Assembly (NCBI GenBank): GCA_027488735.1 | Contig: JAIYBB010000002.1 | Span: forward strand, 11,053 to 75,052 | DNA: 64,000 nucleotides | From: Comamonadaceae bacterium | GTDB taxonomy: Bacteria; Pseudomonadota; Gammaproteobacteria; Burkholderiales; Burkholderiaceae_C | Reading direction: 5' to 3' | Part shown: one piece after another, positions 52,766 to 61,826 of the stretch | Position numbering within the stretch: the first letter of the stretch is position 1 | How the letters are laid out: the number at the start of each line of letters is the position of its first letter | Translations under genes and position numbers: made by a program | Notes under the pieces: generated by a model | What the model was told of the DNA's origin: nothing | The model's database searches: none | The model's input: the letters and a program-made list of their open reading frames with translations, nothing else

Positions 52766-53842
52766 ATGTTCTACAGAGAAAACGGCCAATTCAAAACCAG
52801 CTACCAAGCGGACCAGCAGATCTTTCCAATCGTGCAGGACCGTTGGTTCATTTTGGCGCTGCTGCTGCTGGCCTTTGTCGGTGTGCCGTTCATCGCCTCT
52901 GACTACATGTTCAGCGCCATCTTGATTCCCTTTGTCATCATGGCCATGGCGGCGGTTGGGGTGAACATATTGGTCGGTTATTGCGGCCAAATTTCACTGG
53001 GTTCGGGGGCATTCATGGCGGTTGGTGCCTATGGCGCATACAACTTTTACGCCCGCATACCAGAGATGCCTTTGGTCCCGGCATTGATTTTGGGGGGCTT
53101 GTGCGCCATGGCGTTTGGCGTGTTGTTCGGTTTGCCCAGTTTGCGTGTGCGCGGTTTGTACTTGGCCGTGGCCACTTTGGCCGCACAGTTCTTTGCCGAT
53201 TGGATGTTTTTGCGCATCAAATGGTTCACCTTGGACACGCCTTCCGGTTCGGTGTCGGTCTCCAACTTGCAAGTGTTTGGATTGCCGATCGAGAGCGATG
53301 TCAGCAAATACCTGTTTTGCCTGACGCTGCTGTGCGTGGTGGCCTTGCTTGCAAAAAATCTGGTGCGTGGTGCGATTGGCCGCGAGTGGATGGCCATTCG
53401 CGACATGGACGTGGCCGCGGCTGTCATCGGTATCCGTCCCATGTATGCCAAGTTAAGCGCGTTCGCGGTGAGTTCATTCATCATCGGCATGGCGGGTGCT
53501 TTGTGGGCGTTCATTTACATGGGCTCATGGGAACCGAGTGCGTTTTCCGTGAATGAATCTTTTCGCTTGTTGTTCATGGTCATCATTGGCGGCATGGGCT
53601 CGATCATGGGTGGTTTTTTGGGCGCGGCATTCATCGTGGTGCTGCCGATCTTTCTCAACCAGTTTTTGCCGTTCGTGGCGTCTTTTGTGGGCGTGGCTCT
53701 GTCGACCACCGTGGTCTCGCATGCCGAGTTGATGATTTTTGGTGCCTTGATCGTGTGGTTCTTGATCGTTGAACCGCATGGCTTGGCACGACTGTGGGCC
53801 ATTGGCAAGCAGAAGATGCGTGTGTGGCCTTTTCCTTATTGA
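52766..53842 (+). CDS. Branched-chain-type ABC transporter permease (LivM-like)
   Basis: Polytopic; NILVGYCGQISLGSGAFMAVGAY motif. Start is ATG 52766. Confidence 0.88.
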   Translation: MFYRENGQFKTSYQADQQIFPIVQDRWFILALLLLAFVGVPFIASDYMFSAILIPFVIMAMAAVGVNILVGYCGQISLGSGAFMAVGAYGAYNFYARIPEMPLVPALILGGLCAMAFGVLFGLPSLRVRGLYLAVATLAAQFFADWMFLRIKWFTLDTPSGSVSVSNLQVFGLPIESDVSKYLFCLTLLCVVALLAKNLVRGAIGREWMAIRDMDVAAAVIGIRPMYAKLSAFAVSSFIIGMAGALWAFIYMGSWEPSAFSVNESFRLLFMVIIGGMGSIMGGFLGAAFIVVLPIFLNQFLPFVASFVGVALSTTVVSHAELMIFGALIVWFLIVEPHGLARLWAIGKQKMRVWPFPY

Positions 53843-53889
53843 TGGGCGTGTCTGCTGTGTTTTGTAAACCAAATTTGAAGGAGACAAAG

Positions 53890-55212
53890 ATGAAGAAATC
53901 CCTTTTGTTGTTATCAGCCCTGTTGGCAAGTGTGGGCATGGGCGTGGTCTCGCAAGCCCAAGCGCAAGCCAAAGAACAGTTTGTTCCGGTGCTGTCTTAC
54001 CGTACCGGCCCGTATGCGCCTAACGGCACGCCTTGGGCCAACGGCTTTGTCGACTACCTCAAGCTCGTCAATAGCAAAGGCGGCATCAACGGCGTGAAGA
54101 TCGCTTATGAAGAATGCGAAACCGGCTACGACACCGCACGCAGTGTCGAATGCTATGAACGCCTGAAAAGCAAGAAACCCAGCTTTGTACAAACCTTGTC
54201 GACGGGTGCCACATTTGCCATCACCGAAAAAGCCCCCGGCGACAAAATCCCGGTGCTGACCGTTGGTTATGGCCGCAGTGAAAGCGCAGATGGCGCGGTG
54301 TTCAAGTGGAATTTTCCTATCGCGGGCACTTATTGGGTGGCAGCCGACACCATCTTGCAAGCCATCGCCAAAAAAGAAGGTGGCTGGGACAAGCTCAAGG
54401 GCAAAAAAATCGCGCTGGTTTACCACGACAGCCCGTTTGGCAAAGAGCCGATTCCGTTGATCCAAGAGCGTTCGCGCATCCACGGTTTTGATTTGCAGTT
54501 GTTGCCTGTCACGCCACCCGGTGTTGAACAAAAAGCCACTTGGTTGCAAGTGCGCCAGTCCAAGCCCGACTACGTGGTGCTGTGGGGCTGGGGCGTGATG
54601 AATTCCACTGCCATCAAAGAAGCACAAGCCACCGGATATGCGCGCGAAAAAATGTACGGCGTGTGGTGGGCTGGCGCTGAACCCGATGTGAAAGATGTGG
54701 CCGATGGCGCCAAAGGTTACAACGCCATCACGATTCAGCATGGCGCAGAACCTAATTCAGACATCGTGAAAACTTTGCTGTCCCAAGTCCATGGCAAAGG
54801 CCAAGGTACCGGTCCAAAAGAAGAAGTGGGACAGGTGCTGTACTTGCGTGGTGTGATGAGTGCCATGATCGGTATTGAAGGCATTCGCTCGGCGCAAGAG
54901 CGTTTTGGCAAAGGCAAGGTCGTCACCGGCGAGCAAGTGCGCTGGGGCTTGGAAAACCTGAACCTCACACAAGCCAAACTCGATGCACTCGGCTTCAAAG
55001 GCGTGATGCGCCCCATCAGCACCTCTTGCATGGACCACATGGGGGCGGCTTGGACACGTGTTCACACCTGGAATGGCAAAGCCTGGGAATTCACCTCCGA
55101 CTGGATGCAAGCCGATGAACAAATTTTGAAGCCATTGGTCAAAGCCACGGCTGACAAATATGCGGCTGAGAAAAAGCTGACGCGCCGCACCGGTGCGGAT
55201 TGTCAGTCTTGA
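53890..55212 (+). CDS. ABC transporter periplasmic substrate-binding protein (Leu/Ile/Val-binding family fold)
   Basis: Signal peptide MKKSLLLLSALLASVGMGVVSQAQA; about 440 aa; sits inside the liv-type operon. Confidence 0.85.
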   Translation: MKKSLLLLSALLASVGMGVVSQAQAQAKEQFVPVLSYRTGPYAPNGTPWANGFVDYLKLVNSKGGINGVKIAYEECETGYDTARSVECYERLKSKKPSFVQTLSTGATFAITEKAPGDKIPVLTVGYGRSESADGAVFKWNFPIAGTYWVAADTILQAIAKKEGGWDKLKGKKIALVYHDSPFGKEPIPLIQERSRIHGFDLQLLPVTPPGVEQKATWLQVRQSKPDYVVLWGWGVMNSTAIKEAQATGYAREKMYGVWWAGAEPDVKDVADGAKGYNAITIQHGAEPNSDIVKTLLSQVHGKGQGTGPKEEVGQVLYLRGVMSAMIGIEGIRSAQERFGKGKVVTGEQVRWGLENLNLTQAKLDALGFKGVMRPISTSCMDHMGAAWTRVHTWNGKAWEFTSDWMQADEQILKPLVKATADKYAAEKKLTRRTGADCQS

Positions 55213-55238
55213 TTTGAAGCGTTAAACAGGATACAGCC

Positions 55239-56048
55239 ATGAGTACGCCCCGCATTGTTTTGAATGTCAATGGCATCGAGGTCATCTACAACCATGTGAT
55301 CTTGGTGTTGAAGGGCGTGTCCTTGCAGGTGCCCGAACGCGGCATCGTCGCTTTGCTGGGCGGCAATGGTGCGGGCAAAACCACCACCTTGCGCGCCATC
55401 TCTAATTTGCTCAAAGGCGAGCGCGGTGACGTCACCAAGGGCAGCATCGAGTTGCGCGGTGAGCGGATTGAAAACCTCACGCCCGCCGATCTGGTGCAAC
55501 GCGGTGTGGTGCAAGTCATGGAAGGCCGGCATTGCTTTGCCCACCTGACCATCGAAGAAAACCTGCTCACCGGCAGTTACACGCGCACCGACAAAGGCGA
55601 GATCGCCGCCAACCTCGAGAAGGTTTACAACTACTTTCCGCGCCTGAAAACTCGGCGCACCTCGCAAGCCGCATACACCTCGGGTGGCGAGCAGCAAATG
55701 TGCGCCATTGGCCGCGCCTTGATGGCCAACCCCAGTTTGGTGTTGCTCGACGAGCCGTCCATGGGACTGGCGCCGCAAATCGTTGAAGAAGTGTTTAACA
55801 TCGTCAAGGATTTGAACCAAAAAGAACACGTCACTTTTTTGCTGGCCGAGCAAAACACCCACATGGCCCTGCGTTATGCCGACTTCGGTTACATCATGGA
55901 GTCAGGCCGCATCGTGATGGACGGCGCTGCTGCGGACTTGGCCAGCAACGAAGACGTGAAAGAGTTTTATTTGGGCATGGGCGGCGGTGAACGCAAAAGC
56001 TTCAAAGATGTGAAAAGTTACAAACGCCGCAAGCGCTGGCTTGCCTGA
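55239..56048 (+). CDS. Branched-chain-type ABC transporter ATP-binding protein (LivF-like)
   Basis: Walker A GGNGAGKTT, signature SGGEQQM, Walker B LLDEPSMGLAP. Confidence 0.9.
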   Translation: MSTPRIVLNVNGIEVIYNHVILVLKGVSLQVPERGIVALLGGNGAGKTTTLRAISNLLKGERGDVTKGSIELRGERIENLTPADLVQRGVVQVMEGRHCFAHLTIEENLLTGSYTRTDKGEIAANLEKVYNYFPRLKTRRTSQAAYTSGGEQQMCAIGRALMANPSLVLLDEPSMGLAPQIVEEVFNIVKDLNQKEHVTFLLAEQNTHMALRYADFGYIMESGRIVMDGAAADLASNEDVKEFYLGMGGGERKSFKDVKSYKRRKRWLA

Positions 56049-56053
56049 ACCTT

Positions 56054-57301
56054 ATGACCGATAGCTACGATGCGTTAGAAACCCGCGACCCGGCTGCGCG
56101 TGAAGCTGAGTTGCTGCAAGCTTTGCCCAAACAGATCGCGCACGCCCAACAACACACCAAGGCGTTTGCGGACATTTTGCGTGGTGTCGATGCGTCTGCC
56201 GTGACCTCGCGCCAAGCCTTGGCCGCGTTGCCCGTGACCCGTAAATACGAGTTGCTTGAGCGTCAACAAGCGCACCGCGCCAGCGATGTGTTCGGCGGTT
56301 TTTCTGCGTTGTCATTTGGCAAAGCCATGCCGCGTGTGTTTGCTTCACCCGGCACCATTTACGAACCCGAGGGCACGCGCGCTGACTATTGGCGCATCGC
56401 CCGAGCCTTGTTTGCCGCCGGGTTTCGCACAGGTGAACTGGTACACAACTGTTTCAGTTACCACTTCACGCCTGCTGGTTCTATGATGGAAAGCGGCGCA
56501 CATGCGCTGGGTTGCAGCGTGTTTCCGGGCGGCACCGGACAGACCGAGCAGCAGTTGCAAGCCATGGTTGAATTGCGCCCCGCAGGCTATTGCGGCACAC
56601 CGAGTTTTTTGAAAATCATCATCGACAAAGCAGCTGAAACCGGCGTGGCTTTGCCGTCGTTGAAGAAAGCGCTGGTCAGCGGTGAAGCCTTTCCGCCTTC
56701 ATTGCGCGACTGGCTGGCTGAGCGCGGGGTCACGGCTTACCAGTGCTATGCCACGGCAGACATCGGTTTGATCGCGTATGAAACCGCAGCGCGCGAAGGC
56801 TTGGTGTTGGACGAAGGCGTGATCGTGGAGATCGTGCGACCTGGCACTGGCGACCCGGTGGCAGAGGGCGAAGTAGGTGAATTGGTGGTGACCACGCTGA
56901 ACCCGGATTACCCGCTGATACGTTTCGGCACCGGCGACTTGACCGCCCTATTGCCCGGCATGTGCCCGACAGGTCGCACCAACCAGCGCATCAAAGGCTG
57001 GCTTGGACGCGCTGACCAGACCACCAAAGTGCGCGGCATGTTTGTGCATCCAGGTCAGGTTGATCAAATCGTCAAACGCTTTGCACAAATCGGCAAAGCG
57101 CGTTTGGTGATCAGCGGCGAGATGGCGCAAGACCAAATGCATTTGCATATTGAGACCTTGCAACACAATGCAGAGCTGATTGCATCGGTTGAACAAGCGG
57201 TACGCGACATCACCAAGCTGCGTGCGGACATCGTGACCGTGCAACCGGGCAGCTTGCCTAATGACGGCAAGGTGATTGAAGATGCGCGCAGCTACAAATA
57301 A
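56054..57301 (+). CDS. Phenylacetate--CoA ligase (PaaK)-family adenylate-forming enzyme
   Basis: 415 aa; GELVHNCFSYHFTPAG, CYATADIG, RFGTGD..., GR.DQTTKVRG..V.P. Confidence 0.75.
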   Translation: MTDSYDALETRDPAAREAELLQALPKQIAHAQQHTKAFADILRGVDASAVTSRQALAALPVTRKYELLERQQAHRASDVFGGFSALSFGKAMPRVFASPGTIYEPEGTRADYWRIARALFAAGFRTGELVHNCFSYHFTPAGSMMESGAHALGCSVFPGGTGQTEQQLQAMVELRPAGYCGTPSFLKIIIDKAAETGVALPSLKKALVSGEAFPPSLRDWLAERGVTAYQCYATADIGLIAYETAAREGLVLDEGVIVEIVRPGTGDPVAEGEVGELVVTTLNPDYPLIRFGTGDLTALLPGMCPTGRTNQRIKGWLGRADQTTKVRGMFVHPGQVDQIVKRFAQIGKARLVISGEMAQDQMHLHIETLQHNAELIASVEQAVRDITKLRADIVTVQPGSLPNDGKVIEDARSYK

Positions 57302-58349
57302 CCAGCGAGTACCCGCGGCCCTGAGACAGGGCCTGCGGCGACAACACGCGATCAGGCAAAAAGCTTGTGCGCTTGTGTCTTGTGCTCTAGCGCTGTCGTT
57401 GTCGGCTGTGTGCAGCGCTTTCGCGCAAAGTTTCCCCATCAAGGACAAACCCGTCACCATCCTGGTGCCGTTCACGGCTGGTGGACCCACCGACCGATTG
57501 GCGCGTGACATGGCCGAGGCCTTGCGCAAGCCACTGGGTGTGAGCAGCATCGTGGTGGAAAATATACTGGGCGCAGGTGGTGTCATCGCCTCGCAAAAAG
57601 TGGCCCGCGCCGCGCCCGATGGACACACCATTTTGATCCACCACATTGGCATGGCCACCATGCCTGCGCTCAACCGCAACCCCGGGTTTCAGGTCGACAA
57701 AGACTTCACATTTTTGGGCATGATCCACGAAGTGCCCATGTCCATCGTGGCGCGGCCCACCATGCAAGCCAACGACTACAAACAGTTGTCAGCTTGGATA
57801 GGCCAGAACAAAGAACGCGTCAATTTGGGCAACGCGGGTGTGGGTTCAGCCTCGCATTTGTGTGGTTTGTTGTGGCAGGCGGCGATGAAAACCGAAATCG
57901 CCACCATCCCCTACAAAGGCGTGTCCATGGCTATTGCCGATTTGATGGGCGGGCAAATCGATGTGCTGTGCGACCAGACCAGCAACACCATGGCATACAT
58001 CGAATCGCGCAAAGTCAAAGCCTATGCGGTGACCAGCCCTAAACGCCTGAGTCAGCCCGGGCTTAGCCAATTGCCCACCATGCAAGAGTTGGGTGTCAAA
58101 GGTTTTCAAATCAGTATCTGGCATGGCGCTTATGGCCCTAAAGGCCTGTCGGATGCCACGCAGATGAAATGGAACAACGCCTTGCGCACGGTGTTGAGCG
58201 ATCCGGCTTTTGTGAAAAAGCAGCAAGACTTGGGCGCAGTCATGATCACCGATAAACGCACCGAACCGGCAGAGCATCGAAAATTTGTGCTTTCTGAAAT
58301 CAACAAATGGGGCCCCGTCATCAAAGCGGCTGGGGTTTACGCAGACTGA
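57282..58349 (+). CDS. Bug/TctC-family tripartite tricarboxylate transporter substrate-binding protein
   Basis: KPVTILVPFTAGGPTD..AR, NLGNAGVGSASHL, PYKG...A..DL.GGQIDV are Bug-family motifs. The start is uncertain. Confidence 0.85.
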   Translation: MRAATNNQRVPAALRQGLRRQHAIRQKACALVSCALALSLSAVCSAFAQSFPIKDKPVTILVPFTAGGPTDRLARDMAEALRKPLGVSSIVVENILGAGGVIASQKVARAAPDGHTILIHHIGMATMPALNRNPGFQVDKDFTFLGMIHEVPMSIVARPTMQANDYKQLSAWIGQNKERVNLGNAGVGSASHLCGLLWQAAMKTEIATIPYKGVSMAIADLMGGQIDVLCDQTSNTMAYIESRKVKAYAVTSPKRLSQPGLSQLPTMQELGVKGFQISIWHGAYGPKGLSDATQMKWNNALRTVLSDPAFVKKQQDLGAVMITDKRTEPAEHRKFVLSEINKWGPVIKAAGVYAD

Positions 58350-58672
58350 TGATCAAGATATTTTTTATCCAACCTGATGGCGACATACGAGAAGCCATGG
58401 CGCAAAACGGCCAAACCTTGTTGAGTGCGGCGCAAGAGGCCGGCATTGACGGTTTTGTGGCCGAATGCGGCGGCAACTGCACCTGTGCCACCTGTCACTG
58501 CTTCATTGAACCTGAACACCTGAAAGAGTTGTTCGAACCCAGCGAAGAAGAAGAAGCGATGCTGGGCTTTACCGCCATTGCGCGAGAAGGCCACAGCCGC
58601 TTGGCCTGTCAAATCACCATGGAATATTTCATGGACGGACTGCGCGTGTATCTGCCTGAGCGGCAGTTTTAA
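58349..58672 (+). CDS. 2Fe-2S ferredoxin (adrenodoxin/putidaredoxin type)
   Basis: CGGNCTCATCHC...SRLACQ cysteine pattern; 107 aa from ATG 58349, which overlaps the upstream TGA. Confidence 0.85.
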   Translation: MIKIFFIQPDGDIREAMAQNGQTLLSAAQEAGIDGFVAECGGNCTCATCHCFIEPEHLKELFEPSEEEEAMLGFTAIAREGHSRLACQITMEYFMDGLRVYLPERQF

Positions 58673-58691
58673 GCCCAAGCCGGCCGCGCAT

Positions 58692-59462
58692 TTATTGTTT
58701 GAAGCGTTTGCGGGTGAGGTGCAGGGCAATCACCCAAGCCACTGATGCATAAGCGGCCAGTACCCCTAAGTGAAGCAGTGCGTGACTGGGCCATTGGTCC
58801 ATGAACAAAGGCCTGACCAAAGCCACGGCTTGGGTCAAAGGCAGTGCCATGGCCAGCCAACGTACCGCGTCGGGGAGGTTGTCCAGCGGGAAAAACACCC
58901 CGCTTAAAAACATCATTGGTGTCAAAAACAGCGTGAAGTAATAGGTGAAGAAATCGTAGCCTTTGGCCAATGCATTGAATATCAATGCCAGACAGCTGAA
59001 GGTGATGCCCACCACCACCAAGATAGGCCAAGCCAGCAACACTTTCCAAGATTGCACAATGCCCAAGGCCAGCATCACACACAAAATAGCCGAGGCCGTG
59101 AACAAAGCCTTGAAGGCGGCCCACAGCATTTCAGCCAGCAGCACATCGTCCAGACGCACCGGTGCATTCATGATGCCGTCCCAGGTTTTTTGCACATGCA
59201 TGCGAGAAAACGCTGAATACAAGGCTTCAAAAGTGGCAGCATTCATGGCGCTCATGCACACGGAACCGCTGGCCAAAAATATGATGTAAGGCACTTGCTG
59301 CCCATCGAGAGATACCTCACCGACCAGCGCGCCCAAGCCATAACCGAACGCCACCAACCACATCAGCGGCTCGGCGATATTGGCAATCAAACTGGGAATG
59401 ATCAACTTGCGCCAGACCAAAAAATTGCGCAAAAAAACGGGCCAAAATCGCAAGCGCATCAA
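58692..59462 (-). CDS. ABC-2 type exporter permease (NodJ-like)
   Basis: 256 aa, six hydrophobic helices, ATGA-coupled to the upstream ATPase. Confidence 0.8.
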   Translation of the reverse strand: MMRLRFWPVFLRNFLVWRKLIIPSLIANIAEPLMWLVAFGYGLGALVGEVSLDGQQVPYIIFLASGSVCMSAMNAATFEALYSAFSRMHVQKTWDGIMNAPVRLDDVLLAEMLWAAFKALFTASAILCVMLALGIVQSWKVLLAWPILVVVGITFSCLALIFNALAKGYDFFTYYFTLFLTPMMFLSGVFFPLDNLPDAVRWLAMALPLTQAVALVRPLFMDQWPSHALLHLGVLAAYASVAWVIALHLTRKRFKQ

Positions 59463-60382
59463 CCCTCCTCGCGGATTTGCCGCCCGGTCAGTTTCAAAAA
59501 CAAATCCTCCAAATTGGCAGGTCGGTGCAGGCTGCGCACCCCGGGGTAAGCCGCCAAGGCTTGCAACAACGAAGACGCGGTTTGTGTGTAGAAAAACACC
59601 GTGTCACCGCTGACTTCGATGCGTTGCGCTTGCGAGCGCAACTCGCCGTTGGCCAAGGCCTGCGGGTCACCGCCAAACACCTCGACCACGTCCGGCTCGA
59701 GGTGCTCGGCAATCAGGTCGCGCGGCTTGCCCTCGGCGATCTTGCGGCCATGGTCCACCACCAGCAAGCGGTCGCACAAGCGCTCGGCTTCGTCCATGAA
59801 ATGTGTGGTCAGCAAAATCGATTTGCCCTGTTGCAACAGTTGTTGCAAACGCTCCCACATCAAGTGGCGCGCCTGCGGGTCCAGACCTGTGGTCGGTTCA
59901 TCAAGTAAAAGTAACTGCGGGTCGTTGATCAAGGAACGCGCCAAGCTCAATCGTCGCTTCATGCCGCCAGAGAGCTCGCCGGGCTTGGCGTTGGCCTTGT
60001 GGCTAAGTGCGGCAAACTCCAGCAAGGGTTCAATACGTGCATCAATATCAGCGCGCTTCATGCCGAAATAACGGCCATAGACCAGCAGGTTTTCGGCGCA
60101 GGAAAAATCGGGGTCCAGACTGTCGAACTGGCTGACCACACCCAAGCGGGATTTGATGGACAAGGCCTGTTGGGGCATGTCTTCACCAAAAATGGTGACG
60201 CTGCCGCTGTCAGGAGAGGTCAGCCCCAAACACATGCGGAACGTGGTGGTTTTGCCCGCACCATTGGGCCCGATGACACCCAGGCATTCGCCCGGGTAAA
60301 GCTCAAAAGACAGATCGTTCACCACCAGGTTGTCACCAAACCGTTTGGTTAAGTGTTGGCAGTGCAATTGGGGAAGGTTCAT
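59459..60382 (-). CDS. ABC exporter ATP-binding protein (NodI-like)
   Basis: Walker A GPNGAGKTT, signature LSGGMKRRL, Walker B LLLLDEPTTGLD. Start is ATG 60382. Confidence 0.88.
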   Translation of the reverse strand: MNLPQLHCQHLTKRFGDNLVVNDLSFELYPGECLGVIGPNGAGKTTTFRMCLGLTSPDSGSVTIFGEDMPQQALSIKSRLGVVSQFDSLDPDFSCAENLLVYGRYFGMKRADIDARIEPLLEFAALSHKANAKPGELSGGMKRRLSLARSLINDPQLLLLDEPTTGLDPQARHLMWERLQQLLQQGKSILLTTHFMDEAERLCDRLLVVDHGRKIAEGKPRDLIAEHLEPDVVEVFGGDPQALANGELRSQAQRIEVSGDTVFFYTQTASSLLQALAAYPGVRSLHRPANLEDLFLKLTGRQIREEG

Positions 60383-60488
60383 GTCATGTGGAAAAAGCAA
60401 TCCGTGATTGTGCCTTGCAAAGGCGCTTGAGAGCATGCGGCCAGTAGATGGCCCAAGCCGCTAACGGTGGTATAGTTTCAACCCTTAC

Positions 60489-60564
60489 GGCCCGGTAGCT
60501 CAGTTGGTAGAGCAGCGGATTGAAAATCCGCGTGTCAGTGGTTCGATTCCACTCCAGGCCACCA
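60489..60564 (+). tRNA. tRNA-Phe (anticodon GAA)
   Basis: GGCCCGGTAGCTCAGTTGGTAGAGCAGCGGATTGAAAATCCGCGTGTCAGTGGTTCGATTCCACTCCAGGCCACCA folds as a cloverleaf with one C-A acceptor mismatch. CCA end is encoded. Confidence 0.92.
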
Positions 60565-60571
60565 TATCAAG

Positions 60572-60600
60572 ACGCCCAACTGTTCTCAGTTGGGCGTTTT
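60572..60600 (+). terminator. Rho-independent terminator after tRNA-Phe
   Basis: ACGCCCAACTG-TTCT-CAGTTGGGCGT followed by TTT. Confidence 0.75.
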
Positions 60601-60881
60601 CATTTTGGCGACCGCAAGTTGGTGCGGGGTCCGGCGCGATTCTACGTGTGCCATGCCCCTCCAGCATCCGAGCCGGTAACGGCCCCCGAATCTCATACTC
60701 CGCTCTCTCTTCTCACAAAACTTCTGCGAACACTGACGAAGTGGCACACGCAGAACGCCTTATGTGGCAATGACTTATGCGTGTGTCGCATACGAAGGTT
60801 TTGCGTTCGACTTGCTGAGGCAAACCATGTGGTTTGTGTGTTGTCACACACAACGCGTTGAGAAAATGCCCGAAAAAGTAG

Positions 60882-61826
60882 TCACTCCGCAGCACAAGGC
60901 AACGCGTAGAGACCTTGCCGCTGCTGAGTGATCACCAACTTTTTATAAGCCATCAACGGAAGGTCAGCTCCAGCTTTTCCCTTGTCACGTGACTTCACCT
61001 TGAACACATCGATCGGTTTGTCGCTTTGCAAACCGGCGCGCTCCATGATTCGCTCGGCTCGCATGGGCTCACCCTTGAACGACCAAAGCGACCCAAAAAC
61101 GGAGGCCTGAGCCTCGGTGAGGTTGATGTGGCCAAGCTCTGGTAACAGCACCGAGCGGAAGTCCTCAGCAAAGGGGCCGTAAACCGGTTTAGCGGGCTCA
61201 CGTTGCGTTTCTGTGGGGCGTTGGCCCTGTGGGGCAATAAATGAGATTCCGCCGCCGTAAAAGGCAAACCGCTCCTGGAGCGGCAGCCAATCTATGTCAG
61301 CGGCAAATGGGTGTGCGGTCTGGTCGATAGGTTTGGGCGTGATCACCCGCAACCTAGAGGCGTTGACTCGCAGCGCATCGAGGGTCGCCGGTGCGTGAAC
61401 CAAGCCGGACAAGTTGCGAGCCAGAATGACAGGTCCTTGTCGTGCATCGCCTAGCCGCCAGACGCCAGGACCGACTTGATCGATTCCATCGCGGCTGTTG
61501 ATCTCCATTGCCATGCGCAATCTTTGTCGCAACCAATCCTCGTTGAGCGTGACGGCTGCCATGTCCTGTGGCTCGAGCTGGATCGGACCGCATTCAGGGC
61601 ATTGGCAAAGTCTGCCCCCCTTGCCATCAGCAACGACCTGCCCCCGATGCAAGTTGCAGTATGGGCAAAGTGCGTATTGCTGATTGACGGTAGCAGGCTT
61701 TATAGCGGAGCCTAGCAGTGAGCATGCCGCAAGCTCGTTCGGAGACAGCGCGTACCGAAATACGGGCGGTCCCTCAGCGAACAAGCGGCACACCAATGAC
61801 CATGCGTGATGCGCAGTCACGCTCAC
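60882..61826 (-). CDS. Uncharacterised protein: N-terminal Cys4-type zinc ribbon and C-terminal OmpR/PhoB-like winged helix (tentative)
   Basis: 314 aa. The GTG start overlaps the upstream stop (GTGA). CPYC-x16-CQCPEC at residues 54-79. The C-terminus LTEAQASVFGSLW..GEPM.AERIMERAG...IDVFKVK...LVITQQRQGLYAL resembles a Trans_reg_C winged helix. Confidence 0.6.
   Translation of the reverse strand: MSVTAHHAWSLVCRLFAEGPPVFRYALSPNELAACSLLGSAIKPATVNQQYALCPYCNLHRGQVVADGKGGRLCQCPECGPIQLEPQDMAAVTLNEDWLRQRLRMAMEINSRDGIDQVGPGVWRLGDARQGPVILARNLSGLVHAPATLDALRVNASRLRVITPKPIDQTAHPFAADIDWLPLQERFAFYGGGISFIAPQGQRPTETQREPAKPVYGPFAEDFRSVLLPELGHINLTEAQASVFGSLWSFKGEPMRAERIMERAGLQSDKPIDVFKVKSRDKGKAGADLPLMAYKKLVITQQRQGLYALPCAAE

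Noticed and set aside
60504-60861. ORFs of 89 and 113 aa beginning inside tRNA-Phe
   Set aside because: They overlap the tRNA and its terminator, and have no RBS or protein-like composition. The 60601-60881 stretch is treated as non-coding. It includes an 8-bp-stem hairpin, TTGTGTGT-TGTC-ACACACAA, at about 60832-60851.
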